A stretch of DNA of 64,000 bases from an uncultured bacterium. GTDB lineage: Bacteria; Bacillota_I; Bacilli_A; RFN20; CAG-826. The translations under genes and the position numbers were made by a program. The stretch spans positions 70,716 through 134,715 of the forward strand of contig CASFTG010000001.1 in assembly GCA_949297805.1 (NCBI GenBank). The letters are read 5' to 3'. Position 1 is the first letter of the stretch, and the number at the start of each line of letters is the position of its first letter. Below are positions 48,199-58,144 of this stretch, in pieces. The notes under the pieces were generated by a model. The model saw only the letters and a list, made by a program, of their open reading frames with translations. It was not told the DNA's origin and did not search any database.

Positions 48199-49029
48199 AT
48201 GAACATGAATCTCTACCTTCTTTCTTCCGATCCCGCCCCCTACTTGGACATGGGGAACTATTTGAACCTCGTCTCGCTTATTATGGCGATCGTCATCTTC
48301 GCTGGCTTTGACGCGGTGCTTTTCTTCTGGCTGAAGCGATCCTTCGTCCGGACTTTCTTGGTCGCGAGCGAACTGGCCATCGTCTTGTTCTGGCTCTTTG
48401 GCTTGGACCTCTTGCTCTTTATCGTCTTGGCCTTCTTCATCGTCGCCGTTTCCTTCTTCTTCCTCCACAATTCGGCGGAAGGTCGGAAATATGTCTCCAA
48501 CAACATCAAGAAGCGTCCCCAGGCGAAGATCTTCCGCGGAAAGCCCACCCCGGAAGCCCTCTTTGACCGGGAGGCGGTGTATAAGAAAGTCGCCGATGCG
48601 GTCCTCGTTATGTCGAAGAAGAAGGTCGGGGCCCTCATTACCTTTGAACGGGGCGACAATCTCCGCGATTACATTGCCAAAGGCGTAACCATCAATTGTC
48701 CGGTTTCGAGCGAGATCCTCCAAACCATCTTCTATCCCGGGACCCGTCTCCACGACGGGGCGGTCATCATACGGAATGATACCATCGCCGCCGCCTCGGT
48801 CTATTACCAGACGGTCGATATCGCGATGCCGGGGAAATTCGGTTCCCGTCATCGGGCGGCCCTTTCGATCTCGAGCCAAGTCGATGCCGTCACCGTGGTC
48901 GTAAGCGAAGAGACCGGCCGCATTTCCATCGCCTATGAAGGGGAGATCCAATCGGTTGAGCCCGATTCCTTCCTCCAGACCTTCGAAGAATACATGGCTA
49001 ACGACAACGATAAATCCAACCATCAATAA
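48199..49029 (+). CDS. cdaA: Membrane diadenylate cyclase CdaA/DacA
   Basis: 3 TM helices; GALI.FER, LHDGA, GSRHRAA, VVSEETGRIS. Confidence 0.9.
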   Translation: MNMNLYLLSSDPAPYLDMGNYLNLVSLIMAIVIFAGFDAVLFFWLKRSFVRTFLVASELAIVLFWLFGLDLLLFIVLAFFIVAVSFFFLHNSAEGRKYVSNNIKKRPQAKIFRGKPTPEALFDREAVYKKVADAVLVMSKKKVGALITFERGDNLRDYIAKGVTINCPVSSEILQTIFYPGTRLHDGAVIIRNDTIAAASVYYQTVDIAMPGKFGSRHRAALSISSQVDAVTVVVSEETGRISIAYEGEIQSVEPDSFLQTFEEYMANDNDKSNHQ

Positions 49030-49038
49030 GGAGGACTT

Positions 49039-50373
49039 ATGACGCGTTATTTCGGAACCGACGGCATCCGCGGTCGGGCTTTAGTCGATTTGACTGAGGA
49101 AATTGCCTATCGGATCGGCCGTTACATCGGCCAATATCCGAAAGGCCATCCCAATACCATCCTCATCTCCCGGGATACCCGCGAATCGGGGGAGGCTTTG
49201 CTTTCAGCCTTAAAAGACGGGGTTTTGAAAAGCGGGGGTACTTTACTTGACGAAGGGGTTTCGACCACTCCGTCGGTCTCCTATCTCGTGGAAGCCAATC
49301 ATTATGACTACGGGATCATGATCTCCGCCTCCCATAACCCTTATACCGACAACGGGATCAAGCTTTTCGCCCCGAGCGGGGAAAAGCTCTCGGAAGCGAT
49401 TGAGGAGGAGATTGAGGACTATATCGATTCGGAAGAAGACTATCTTCCCCTCAAGGAAGGGAAATACGTCTATTCCCCCGATTTAAAAGAACAATACCTG
49501 GATTTTTTAGCCTCCCAATACGAAGGGAAGAAACCGGTCAAGATTCTTTGCGATTTAGCTAATGGCTCGGCCTCGATGGTCGCCCCGGCTTTGTTTGCTA
49601 AATTAGGGATCGACGCGACCTTCATCAATGCCTCTCCCGACGGGAAGAACATCAATAACCATTGCGGGTCAACCCATATGGAAGGGTTAGCGGAACTGTT
49701 TGCTAAAGGCGATTATGATTTAGCCTTCGCCTTCGATGGCGACGCCGATCGTTGCTTAGCCATCGATAAATCCGGCCGGCTCATCGATGGGGATGCCGAG
49801 ATATATCTCGGGGCTCTCGGATTAAAAGCAAAGAATCAACTAAACGGCAATAAAGTCGTCATCACCGTCATGTCGAACTTCGGATTACGGAAAGCCCTCG
49901 ATGAACTCGGCCTCGGCTATGAGATCGTTTCGGTCGGGGACAAATACGTCCAGGCCAAGCTAAAGGAAGACCACCTTTCAATTGGAGGCGAGCAGTCGGG
50001 ACACGTCATCTTCAGCGCTGCCCTCAATACGGGGGATGGGCTACTTACCGCGATTAAGATGCTTAACGTCTACGAGAACCAGCCGGAAGTCTATGCCGAA
50101 TTGCCTAAGCTTCGGGTTTATCCCCAAACCTTGGTCAATCTCCGTTTCCAAAATAAAGAAGAAAGCGATAAGGTCTTAGGCCATCCGGATGTCAAGGCTA
50201 CGATGACGGAAGCCGAGGAACTATTAGGAACTGATGGCCGTCTATTGGTTAGGACCAGTGGCACCGAGCCCTTGCTTCGGGTCATGGCTGAGCATATCGA
50301 TGAGGCGACTTGCCAGAGAGCGGTTGCCCTCGTCGTTAATAAAATCAAGGAGGTTTCCCCATGTGCGGAATAG
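49039..50373 (+). CDS. glmM: Phosphoglucosamine mutase
   Basis: YFGTDGIRG, ISASHNP, FDGDADR, GGEQSGH, RTSGTEP. Confidence 0.95.
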   Translation: MTRYFGTDGIRGRALVDLTEEIAYRIGRYIGQYPKGHPNTILISRDTRESGEALLSALKDGVLKSGGTLLDEGVSTTPSVSYLVEANHYDYGIMISASHNPYTDNGIKLFAPSGEKLSEAIEEEIEDYIDSEEDYLPLKEGKYVYSPDLKEQYLDFLASQYEGKKPVKILCDLANGSASMVAPALFAKLGIDATFINASPDGKNINNHCGSTHMEGLAELFAKGDYDLAFAFDGDADRCLAIDKSGRLIDGDAEIYLGALGLKAKNQLNGNKVVITVMSNFGLRKALDELGLGYEIVSVGDKYVQAKLKEDHLSIGGEQSGHVIFSAALNTGDGLLTAIKMLNVYENQPEVYAELPKLRVYPQTLVNLRFQNKEESDKVLGHPDVKATMTEAEELLGTDGRLLVRTSGTEPLLRVMAEHIDEATCQRAVALVVNKIKEVSPCAE

Positions 50374-52127
50374 TCGGGGGAGTCGGGAAGATCGACTTCC
50401 GGAATTACTTAATCAACGGATTGAAGAAACTCGATTACCGGGGCTATGACTCGGCCGGGGTGGCGGTGCTCGACCATAAGCATCTGTTTTTAAAGAAGAT
50501 GCCGGGCAAGGTCGAGGAACTGTCCGCTTGTTTGCCCGCTTCCTTGCCTGGGACGGTTGGCATCGCCCATACCCGCTGGGCGACCCATGGCGAGCCGAAT
50601 GAACGGAACGCCCATCCCCATATCTCGATGAAGCGGAAATTCGCCCTCGTCCATAATGGGGTCATTGAGAACTTCAAAGCCATTAAGAAAGATTTATTTA
50701 AGCACGGCTATGGCTTCCTTTCGGACACCGATTCGGAGATCGTGGTCGACTTATTGGAATATAACTACCATGGTGATGTTTTAGCGGCCATCAAGAAGAC
50801 GATGGGGGAACTCGAAGGGAGCTATGCCTGCGCCATCATCCATGCCGATGAGCCGAACCGGCTTTACTTCATGAAAAACGCCTCGCCTTTGTTGCTTGGC
50901 AAAGGGGAGGGGGCTAACTACCTGGCTTCTGATGCCGGGGCGATGATTGGTTTAACCGAATCCTTCGTCGACTTAGAAGACGGGGACTACGGTTACCTCG
51001 AACCCGATGGCTATGCCATCTTCGCCGATGGCAACCCCGTCGAACGGGAAATCGTCGCCCGAAGCAAGGATTTCTATGATGACGATCTGCATGGTTATCC
51101 CCATTATATGATCAAGGAAATCCATGAAATCCCCTCGGTTTTGCGGCGATTATTGGATAATTACCTCGATGACGGCTTCGTGTTTGACAAGAACATGCTG
51201 TCGATGATCAAGATGGCTTCCTCGGTCCATTTCCTCGCCTGTGGGACCAGCTTCTACGCCTGCAAGGTCGGGGTTAAGTACTTCCGGAGCATCGGTAAGC
51301 GCAGCGGCGCCTCCATCGCCTCCGAATGGGCCTATGACCCTTATGACATCGGGGAGAATCCTTTCTTCATCATCCTCTCCCAATCGGGGGAGACGGCCGA
51401 CCTCATCAAATGCCAAAAGGTCATTAACGATAATAACCTCCCGAACCTCGTCGTCACCAATTCCAAAGGCTCGACCTTGGAACGGAAAGCCACCTTCTCT
51501 TCCCTTCTTTACGCCGGGGTTGAAGTGGCGGTCGCCTCGACCAAATCCTATTTGGCCCAGATCGCCTATTTGGCTTTGTTGGTCGCCTCATTAAAGAGTG
51601 ACGGCAGGGTCGAAGGCGATATCCGGACTTTGATTTCCTCGATCGAGAAGATTCTCGCCGACGATTCGAAGATCAAGAAATTGGCCTATGAACGGAAAGA
51701 CGCGACCGATGCTTTCTACGTCGGGCGGGGCTATGACTATTTGGCGGCCTTAGAAGGGGCGCTGAAGATGAAGGAAGTGGCCTATGTCCATGCCGAGGCC
51801 TATCCGGGTGGCGAACTTAAGCATGGGCCGATCGCCCTTATCCAGAAGGGAACCTTGGTCGTCGGCTATATCACCGATGCCGAGAAAGAGGCCAGCAGCC
51901 GGAACAACTTCGTCGAATTGGCTTCACGGGGCGCCGATATCTTGGTCGTCTCCGATGAGAAATACACCCGCGAAGGCGACTTGCTTTCCTTCCCGGCGGT
52001 CCCCGAATACCTTGGAGTCGGCCCCTCGGTCGTCATCTCCCAATTGCTGGCCTACTATTTAGCTGAAGCCAAGGGACTCCCGATCGATAAGCCGCGGAAT
52101 TTGGCTAAATCGGTCACCGTCGAATAG
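50361..52127 (+). CDS. glmS: Glutamine--fructose-6-phosphate transaminase
   Basis: MCGIVG, YRGYDSAG, HTRWATHG, SQSGETAD, ELKHGPIAL, PRNLAKSVTVE. Confidence 0.96.
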   Translation: MCGIVGGVGKIDFRNYLINGLKKLDYRGYDSAGVAVLDHKHLFLKKMPGKVEELSACLPASLPGTVGIAHTRWATHGEPNERNAHPHISMKRKFALVHNGVIENFKAIKKDLFKHGYGFLSDTDSEIVVDLLEYNYHGDVLAAIKKTMGELEGSYACAIIHADEPNRLYFMKNASPLLLGKGEGANYLASDAGAMIGLTESFVDLEDGDYGYLEPDGYAIFADGNPVEREIVARSKDFYDDDLHGYPHYMIKEIHEIPSVLRRLLDNYLDDGFVFDKNMLSMIKMASSVHFLACGTSFYACKVGVKYFRSIGKRSGASIASEWAYDPYDIGENPFFIILSQSGETADLIKCQKVINDNNLPNLVVTNSKGSTLERKATFSSLLYAGVEVAVASTKSYLAQIAYLALLVASLKSDGRVEGDIRTLISSIEKILADDSKIKKLAYERKDATDAFYVGRGYDYLAALEGALKMKEVAYVHAEAYPGGELKHGPIALIQKGTLVVGYITDAEKEASSRNNFVELASRGADILVVSDEKYTREGDLLSFPAVPEYLGVGPSVVISQLLAYYLAEAKGLPIDKPRNLAKSVTVE

Positions 52128-52161
52128 ATACATCCCGAGTTGGATGGTATGCTTTATCCGT

Positions 52162-52641
52162 ATGGATAAGCCCTCCGCCTCCAAAAGTCTGGCCTCCCGG
52201 CGAATTGCCGCCGCCTTATTGGATTTCGCTTTGGTCGTTTTGCTTGACCTGGTCTTATGCCTCCCCTCGATCGCTATTTTGGTCAATACCATGGTCGATC
52301 CTTCTTTTTCCGTCGTCTTATCCAATAGCCTCATCGCTTTCGTCACCGGGGCTTTCATCCTCGGGGTCGATGTCCTTTACCTGGCGATTTACCCAGGTTA
52401 TAAACACGGTCAGACCTTAGGGCTTCGCTTCTTCGATTTGGCCTTGTGCCAACAGGATGGTTCCCCTTTAAGTGCCCGTCAATACGTCGTCCGGGCCACC
52501 GTCTTGGTCCTACTGGCTTTCTCAACTATCGGCATTTCTTTAATCGTCGAGGGAATCGTGGTCGGCTTATCCCGCGATCATCGTTCCTTCACCGATGCCT
52601 GCTCAAAGGCTTATATCATTGATATCAATAAAGGAGAATAA
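52162..52641 (+). CDS. RDD family membrane protein
   Basis: RRIAAALLD, GQTLG, RSFTD pattern. Confidence 0.8.
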   Translation: MDKPSASKSLASRRIAAALLDFALVVLLDLVLCLPSIAILVNTMVDPSFSVVLSNSLIAFVTGAFILGVDVLYLAIYPGYKHGQTLGLRFFDLALCQQDGSPLSARQYVVRATVLVLLAFSTIGISLIVEGIVVGLSRDHRSFTDACSKAYIIDINKGE

Positions 52642-52644
52642 ACT

Positions 52645-53364
52645 ATGGCCACCCCTCACATCGCGGCGAAAGACGGAGATTTCGCCAAAGTCGTCCTCAT
52701 GCCGGGCGACCCCTTGCGCGCCGAATGGATCGCGAAGACGTTTTTAAAAGACGCCAAACTCGTCACCTCGACCCGGAATGTCTATGGCTACACCGGCTAT
52801 ACCAAAAACGGTAAGCAGATTTCGGTCATGGCCTCGGGGATGGGGATGCCCTCGATCGGCATCTATTCCTATGAGCTTTATGCCTTCTATGGCGTCGAAT
52901 CGATCATCCGGATCGGGACGGCCGGGGCCTATCAAAACGACATCGGCTTAGGCGACGTCATCTTAGCTGAAGGCAGCTGCACCGATTCGAATTGGATGGG
53001 GCGTTATGACCTTAAAGGCGGCACCTATTCGGCCGTCGCTTCTTTCCCCTTATTGCTCAGCGCCTATAAGGCGGCGAAGGAACTGAAGAAGAATGTCCAC
53101 GTTGGCAATGTGTTAAGTGCCGATGGGTATTATGATGCCGACCCGGATTATTGGAAGAAGTGGGCCGGTCTTTCGGTGCTTGGGGTCGAGATGGAATCAT
53201 ATGCCCTCTACGCCAATGCGGCGACTTTGAAGAAAAACGCCCTCTGCATCTTAACCGTCTCCAATTCCTTCTTCGGTGGGGCGGAGATGAGCGCCGAGCA
53301 ACGGCAAAGCGGCTTAGTCGACATGGTGGAGGTCGCCATTCGGGCGGCAGAGGACTTCGCCTAA
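52645..53364 (+). CDS. deoD: Purine-nucleoside phosphorylase
   Basis: TPHI, VLMPGDPLRA, GMGMPSIGIY, RIGTAG, VEMES. Confidence 0.95.
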   Translation: MATPHIAAKDGDFAKVVLMPGDPLRAEWIAKTFLKDAKLVTSTRNVYGYTGYTKNGKQISVMASGMGMPSIGIYSYELYAFYGVESIIRIGTAGAYQNDIGLGDVILAEGSCTDSNWMGRYDLKGGTYSAVASFPLLLSAYKAAKELKKNVHVGNVLSADGYYDADPDYWKKWAGLSVLGVEMESYALYANAATLKKNALCILTVSNSFFGGAEMSAEQRQSGLVDMVEVAIRAAEDFA

Positions 53365-53365
53365 G

Positions 53366-54025
53366 ATGAATAGTCTTGCCATCATCGATTTCGGTTGGCC
53401 TTATCAAGTAAGGCTTTGCCTTTTTATTGTGCTGGCCTGCTTAATCGGGGTGGCTTTCCTTTTTCTATTCCTCTATCCGGCGGTGAAACGGTTCCTTTAT
53501 AAGCATTTTACGGTAAGGATGTATTATCGAACGGTTAGGAAGACGGTACTTTATAACGATTATTTTTTAATCAACGATTTCGTCAATACCAGCGGAGGCA
53601 CCGAACCTTTCCATATCGACCACATCATGATCGGAGAGAAGTTCGTCTATTGCATAAGAGACCGTTATTATCCGGGGGCGATCGCCGCGAAAGACACTGA
53701 CCCGAACTGGATTTACTTCCATGGGAAGAAAAGCTCCTACATCCAAAACCCCTTATTGGTCAATAAGGTCCGGGTTGAACGGCTCGCGATGATGACGGGC
53801 TTTGACTCTCGGTTTCTGATCTCAATCGTTTTAATTAACGATGATTGTCTGCTTACTCCCTTAGACAACACCTATTCCGATAACTTCATCGTCTCTTTGA
53901 AACGGTTCCCCGATTTGATCAAATACCTTGAATCCCAACCGGTCGATCCCCTCGATCCCCATTCGGTCGCGGTGGCGGTCCATGATTTGAGCGCCCTCAA
54001 CCTTCGGGGCAAACTTAAGCCTTAA
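53366..54025 (+). CDS. NERD (nuclease-related) domain protein with N-terminal TM anchor
   Basis: YFLINDF...HIDHIMIG...Y.G.I...W...NPL.VN pattern after one TM helix. Confidence 0.7.
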   Translation: MNSLAIIDFGWPYQVRLCLFIVLACLIGVAFLFLFLYPAVKRFLYKHFTVRMYYRTVRKTVLYNDYFLINDFVNTSGGTEPFHIDHIMIGEKFVYCIRDRYYPGAIAAKDTDPNWIYFHGKKSSYIQNPLLVNKVRVERLAMMTGFDSRFLISIVLINDDCLLTPLDNTYSDNFIVSLKRFPDLIKYLESQPVDPLDPHSVAVAVHDLSALNLRGKLKP

Positions 54026-55433
54026 TTACTTCGGTGATGATGAGCGAGGCGGCCAGTAGGGCGGCGACCACATACATCATCCAGCCGTTTTCTTTGTATT
54101 TCCCTTGGGCTAAGCTGACGGCGAGATAACTTAATAATCCAAAGGCGATGCCGGTGGTGAGCGAGTAGGATAAGACGACCATTAAGATCGTCATGAACAC
54201 CCCGGCGGCCGCCTCGGGCTTGGCCCAGTTCACGTCTTTTAAGTTCGAGGCGAAGATGAGCGAACCGACGCTGACTAAAGCGGCGGCGGAGACGCAGGAT
54301 GAGGAGAAAAGTTCAAATAGAGGATATAAGAAGGCTGACAGGAGGAAGAGCCCACCGGTGATTAAGGAAGCGAAGCCGGTCCGGGCCCCGGTTTTGATCC
54401 CGACCGCCGATTCAGCGAAACTGGTGACGGTCGAGGTCCCGGCCGGAGCGCAGATGACGGCCCCGATGGCATCGGCTAAAACCGGACCATTGCCTTGGAG
54501 GTTGCCTTCTTCATCTAAGAGGTTCGCTTCTTTAGCGCAGGCTAGTAGGGTGGCGGTGGTATCGAATAGATTCACCAATATTAGCGAGATGATGGCGGCA
54601 TAGCTTAAGGGGTTGGAGAAGACGTCAAGCAGCATCTTGCCAAAGTCTTGTTCGGGAACAGAAGAATCGAAAACTCCGTAAAAGAACACTTTCTCGAAGT
54701 GATTTATTCCCCAGTGGGAGGTGAAATCGACGTTAGGCAAACCGGGATCAGCCACCCCGCCTAACCGCATGAAATAGCCGATTAAAGCGATGACGATCAT
54801 CGAAAGGGGGAGGGCTAAATAAGATAATAATCTGGATTTCGTCTTGATGTTGGAGAGGAAGAAGACGAAGAGGATGCCGATGATCGAGAGCAGGACCGAG
54901 GGGGTCGAGATCGAACCAAGGGCGACGAGGGTGGAAGGGTCGCTAGTGATGATGCCGGCCCCTTTTAAGCCAATGAAGGCCAAGAAAGCCCCGAGGGCGG
55001 CCGAGATGCCTTTTTTGATATCGCTTGGGAAGGCTTTGACGATATAGAGACGGATTTTGGTCACCGATAAAAGAAGATAAAGTAAGCCGGAGACGGTCAG
55101 GATGATCATCCCCTCTTGCCAAGAGAAACCGAGGATCCCGCAGATGGTGTAGGTCAAAAAGGCGTTGAGTCCCATGCCGGCGCTTAAGGCGATGGGGGCT
55201 TTGCCTAATATCCCCATTAAGATGGTGGCGATGCCGCTAATTAGGGCGGTCGAGGCGAAAACGCCTAAAGAATCCATCCCAGTGTCGCTTAAGATGGCGG
55301 CGTTGACCGGGAGGATGTAGCACATGGCGAGGAAAGTCACGACCCCGCCGGCGATATCCATCCCGATTTTATAGCCTTCGGGGCGGTGGCCGAATATCCG
55401 GTCAAATCTCTTCCGGGCGGGGGTTGATTCCAT
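54015..55433 (-). CDS. NCS2/AzgA-family purine (guanine/hypoxanthine/adenine) permease
   Basis: GVVTFLAMCYI..VN, GMGLNAF, LFDTTATL, GTSTVTSFAESAVG..GARTG. Confidence 0.9.
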   Translation of the reverse strand: MESTPARKRFDRIFGHRPEGYKIGMDIAGGVVTFLAMCYILPVNAAILSDTGMDSLGVFASTALISGIATILMGILGKAPIALSAGMGLNAFLTYTICGILGFSWQEGMIILTVSGLLYLLLSVTKIRLYIVKAFPSDIKKGISAALGAFLAFIGLKGAGIITSDPSTLVALGSISTPSVLLSIIGILFVFFLSNIKTKSRLLSYLALPLSMIVIALIGYFMRLGGVADPGLPNVDFTSHWGINHFEKVFFYGVFDSSVPEQDFGKMLLDVFSNPLSYAAIISLILVNLFDTTATLLACAKEANLLDEEGNLQGNGPVLADAIGAVICAPAGTSTVTSFAESAVGIKTGARTGFASLITGGLFLLSAFLYPLFELFSSSCVSAAALVSVGSLIFASNLKDVNWAKPEAAAGVFMTILMVVLSYSLTTGIAFGLLSYLAVSLAQGKYKENGWMMYVVAALLAASLIITEVIKA

Positions 55434-56196
55434 CGACGATCTCCTTGAGGAATTCTTTTTGGTCGCCGTCGAGTAAAGCGGCGTAAAGCTGATGGTGGAG
55501 GCACTCTTTCTTGATGTCGGGATAGAGTTCGTGGGTCTTTAGCCCATCAGTGAGCACCGGGTTGAGGCCGTCTTTCATATAGGAAAGGAAAGTCGGGACC
55601 TCGTCGACCTCTATCGGGGTTTGAAGGGCTTTGAGGACGCTTTTGGTCAAAGAATCGGTCAGGGCCAACTCGGCGCTTTTGATCCGGGTCGGGCTATAAC
55701 GGAGGGCGGCTTTGCCTTCTTTCTCCCCTTCTAAATCGAGGATGAAGGGAAGGGAATGCTCTAGGCAATATTCCATTTCCTTTGTTTGCTCGGCTTTTAA
55801 GATGACCCCGGCGACCCCTTTCGGGAGATACGACAGCGCCAGTTCGCAGATTGCTAGATCATCGGCTTCTAGCAAAAGTTGACCAGGTTTCTTGGTCTCG
55901 GCTTTTTCGGTTTCTAGTCCGGTGATCGCGGCTTCGATTACGTCTTTCTCGGTTAAGCCGTTTGCTAAATGGTGTCGCGGATTAAAGGCGATCTCCGAAT
56001 AATCTGAGCCATGGTTATGGCGGAAGAAGAAGGCCGAGTTGAAGCCATAGCTGATGGTCTCGAGACTTTGCATGAGCTCCGCTTCCTTTCCTTTATAGGA
56101 AGAAGCGAGGGCGCCATCGAGATGATTGGATTTGCATAGCCGGGAACGGGCGTCTTCATCGAGCCCGCGGGAGTAGGGGATATCTAAATCGATCAT
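55402..56196 (-). CDS. Adenosine deaminase-like protein lacking catalytic/metal residues
   Basis: YSEIAFNPRHHLANGLTEKDVIEAAITGL, GVAGV, LPFIL, RI and PIEV segments follow ADA order, but HxH, HAGE and GHG are substituted. Confidence 0.6.
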   Translation of the reverse strand: MIDLDIPYSRGLDEDARSRLCKSNHLDGALASSYKGKEAELMQSLETISYGFNSAFFFRHNHGSDYSEIAFNPRHHLANGLTEKDVIEAAITGLETEKAETKKPGQLLLEADDLAICELALSYLPKGVAGVILKAEQTKEMEYCLEHSLPFILDLEGEKEGKAALRYSPTRIKSAELALTDSLTKSVLKALQTPIEVDEVPTFLSYMKDGLNPVLTDGLKTHELYPDIKKECLHHQLYAALLDGDQKEFLKEIVDGINPRPEEI

Positions 56197-56232
56197 AGTG
56201 ACCCCATTATAGCCAAATGGGGGCTAAGAAGT

Positions 56233-56258
56233 AAAAGAAAACCCCGATGTTATCGGGG
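56233..56258 (-). terminator. Terminator after tRNA-Gly(GCC)
   Basis: ccccgat/atcgggg stem followed by ttttctttt on the minus strand. Confidence 0.7.
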
Positions 56259-56270
56259 GAAGTGACGAGA

Positions 56271-56344
56271 TGGAGCAAGCGGCGGGAATCGAACCCGTGT
56301 ATTTACCTTGGCAAGGTAATGTTCTACCATTGAACTACGCCTGC
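56271..56344 (-). tRNA. tRNA-Gly(GCC)
   Basis: Reverse complement reads gcaggcg...ttacc-ttGCCaa-ggtaa...ttcgatt...cgcttgc-T-CCA. Confidence 0.93.
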
Positions 56345-56367
56345 GGTTGCCCTGTTTAGGCTCGTGT

Positions 56368-56396
56368 ATTATATGCACGTCCTATAGCGGTTTCAA
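56368..56396 (-). promoter_or_regulatory. SigA promoter for tRNA-Gly(GCC)
   Basis: Minus strand TTGAAA-17-TATAAT. Confidence 0.75.
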
Positions 56397-56453
56397 GTGG
56401 AACATTTAATTGCATGATTATATAATCTTGCCCGGACATTAGGAGGTTGCGAT

Positions 56454-58109
56454 ATGAGCACCAATGCCGATTTAGCCGAACTCCTCTTCCCCGACGTCAA
56501 GTTGACCATCGAGGATCTGGAAAAGAAATACCCGCCCCGGAATCTTCCCGAAGGCGCCCAAGTCACCCGGTTCGCCCCGAGCCCGACTGGATTTCTCCAC
56601 ACTGGCTCGCTTTTCACTTCGATGGTTTCCTATTTGACCGCGAAGAAAAGCGGTGGGGTTTATTTCTTCCGGCTGGAGGATACCGACACCAAACGGACCA
56701 TCGAAGGGTCGGGCGACCTATTGATTAAACAACTTTCCGAATTCGGGATCGTGGCCGATGAAGGCTATTTCCCCGAAGGTGATAAAGGGGACTATGGGCC
56801 CTATAAACAATCGGAACGGAAGGATATCTACCGGGCGGTCATCAAGGAATTGGTCAAACTCGGCCGGGCCTATCCGGATTTCTGCACTCCGGAGGATTTA
56901 GACGCCATCCGGAAATTCCAAGAAGCCCATAAGATCCTCCCCGGTTATTATGGGGCTTATGCCCGCGACCGGAACCTCTCGGTCGACGAACGGATCGCGA
57001 AGATCAAAGCCGGCACCCCCTGGGTCATCCGGTTCAAAAGCAATGGCGACCACGATAAGAAGACCAAATTCACCGACGCCATCCGGGGCGAGATTGAACT
57101 GCAGGATAACGACACCGATGTCGTCATCTTAAAGTCCGATGGGCTCCCGACGTATCATTTCGCCCATGTCTGCGATGACCATTTCATGCGGACGACCATC
57201 ATCACCCGGGGTGAGGAATGGATCCCCTCAACCCCGATCCATCTCGACATGTTCCGGGCTTTGGGTTGGAAGGCGCCGAAATACGCCCACATCCCCTCGA
57301 TCATGAAGCTCGACCATGGCAATAAGCGGAAGCTTTCGAAACGGAAAGATCCGGAAGCCGCCGTCTCCTACTTCTTAGATAATGGGTATTGCCCGCAGGC
57401 GTTATTGGTCTATCTGATGTCGATCGCCAACTCCAACTTCGAGGAATGGTCGATCGCCCATAAGTCCTTCGACTTGAACGAGTTCCCCTTCTCCTTGAAG
57501 AAGATGAGCCTCGATGGGGCCCTCTTCGATGAGGGCAAGCTCAATTACTTCTCGAAGGAAGTCATCGCCAAGATGCCATTGGAGGAATTGTTCGCTGCCG
57601 TCTTGGCCTATGCCCATGCCCACGACGAGAAATTCGCCGCCCGGATTGATGCCGATCCTGAATACATCAAGAAGATCCTCAATATCGAGAAGGAAAGGAA
57701 GAACCCGCGGAAGGATTACGCCAAGTATTCCGATATCTATCCCCTGATCCGTTTCTTCTTCCATGACGAATGGGAGAATATGTTCCAGCATGGCTTGCCC
57801 TTCGCTCAGGCTAAGTCCTTGATCAAGGAAGTGCTGGCCGATTTGCAGGAGCATATGCTTTTAGGGACCGATGAGAGCTCTTGGTGGAATGGGGTCAAGG
57901 AAATCGGTGAGGCCCATGGGTTTGCCATCTCCAACAAAGACTACAAAGCCAATCCGGAGAAATATAAAGGCTCGGTCTCCGACTGCGCCGAGATCCTCCG
58001 GGTCGCCATCACCGGCTCGACCCAATCCCCGAACCTTCATGAGATTCTAGAGATCCTCGGGGCCGAGGAAGTCAAAGCCCGGTTAGGGGAAATCGTCGCC
58101 GCGATCTAA
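56454..58109 (+). CDS. gltX: Glutamate--tRNA ligase
   Basis: RFAPSPTGFLHTG, RLEDTD, GPYKQSER, DGLPTYHFA, RGEEW, KLSKRK; AGGAGG RBS. Confidence 0.93.
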   Translation: MSTNADLAELLFPDVKLTIEDLEKKYPPRNLPEGAQVTRFAPSPTGFLHTGSLFTSMVSYLTAKKSGGVYFFRLEDTDTKRTIEGSGDLLIKQLSEFGIVADEGYFPEGDKGDYGPYKQSERKDIYRAVIKELVKLGRAYPDFCTPEDLDAIRKFQEAHKILPGYYGAYARDRNLSVDERIAKIKAGTPWVIRFKSNGDHDKKTKFTDAIRGEIELQDNDTDVVILKSDGLPTYHFAHVCDDHFMRTTIITRGEEWIPSTPIHLDMFRALGWKAPKYAHIPSIMKLDHGNKRKLSKRKDPEAAVSYFLDNGYCPQALLVYLMSIANSNFEEWSIAHKSFDLNEFPFSLKKMSLDGALFDEGKLNYFSKEVIAKMPLEELFAAVLAYAHAHDEKFAARIDADPEYIKKILNIEKERKNPRKDYAKYSDIYPLIRFFFHDEWENMFQHGLPFAQAKSLIKEVLADLQEHMLLGTDESSWWNGVKEIGEAHGFAISNKDYKANPEKYKGSVSDCAEILRVAITGSTQSPNLHEILEILGAEEVKARLGEIVAAI

Positions 58110-58144
58110 AAAGGACCGCAAAAAGGAAACCAAAATATCGAAAT

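Noticed and set aside
999-49026. Long antisense ORFs (e.g. 999..1751, 7411..8298, 22771..23628, 26284..27240, 47995..49026)
   Set aside because: They shadow real genes on the opposite strand and are explained by C/G-ending codon bias that removes antisense stops; no recognisable motifs
56197-56453. Purine riboswitch before the ADA-like/permease genes, or T-box before gltX
   Set aside because: The space is filled by tRNA-Gly, its terminator and promoters; no consensus elements and the leaders are too short
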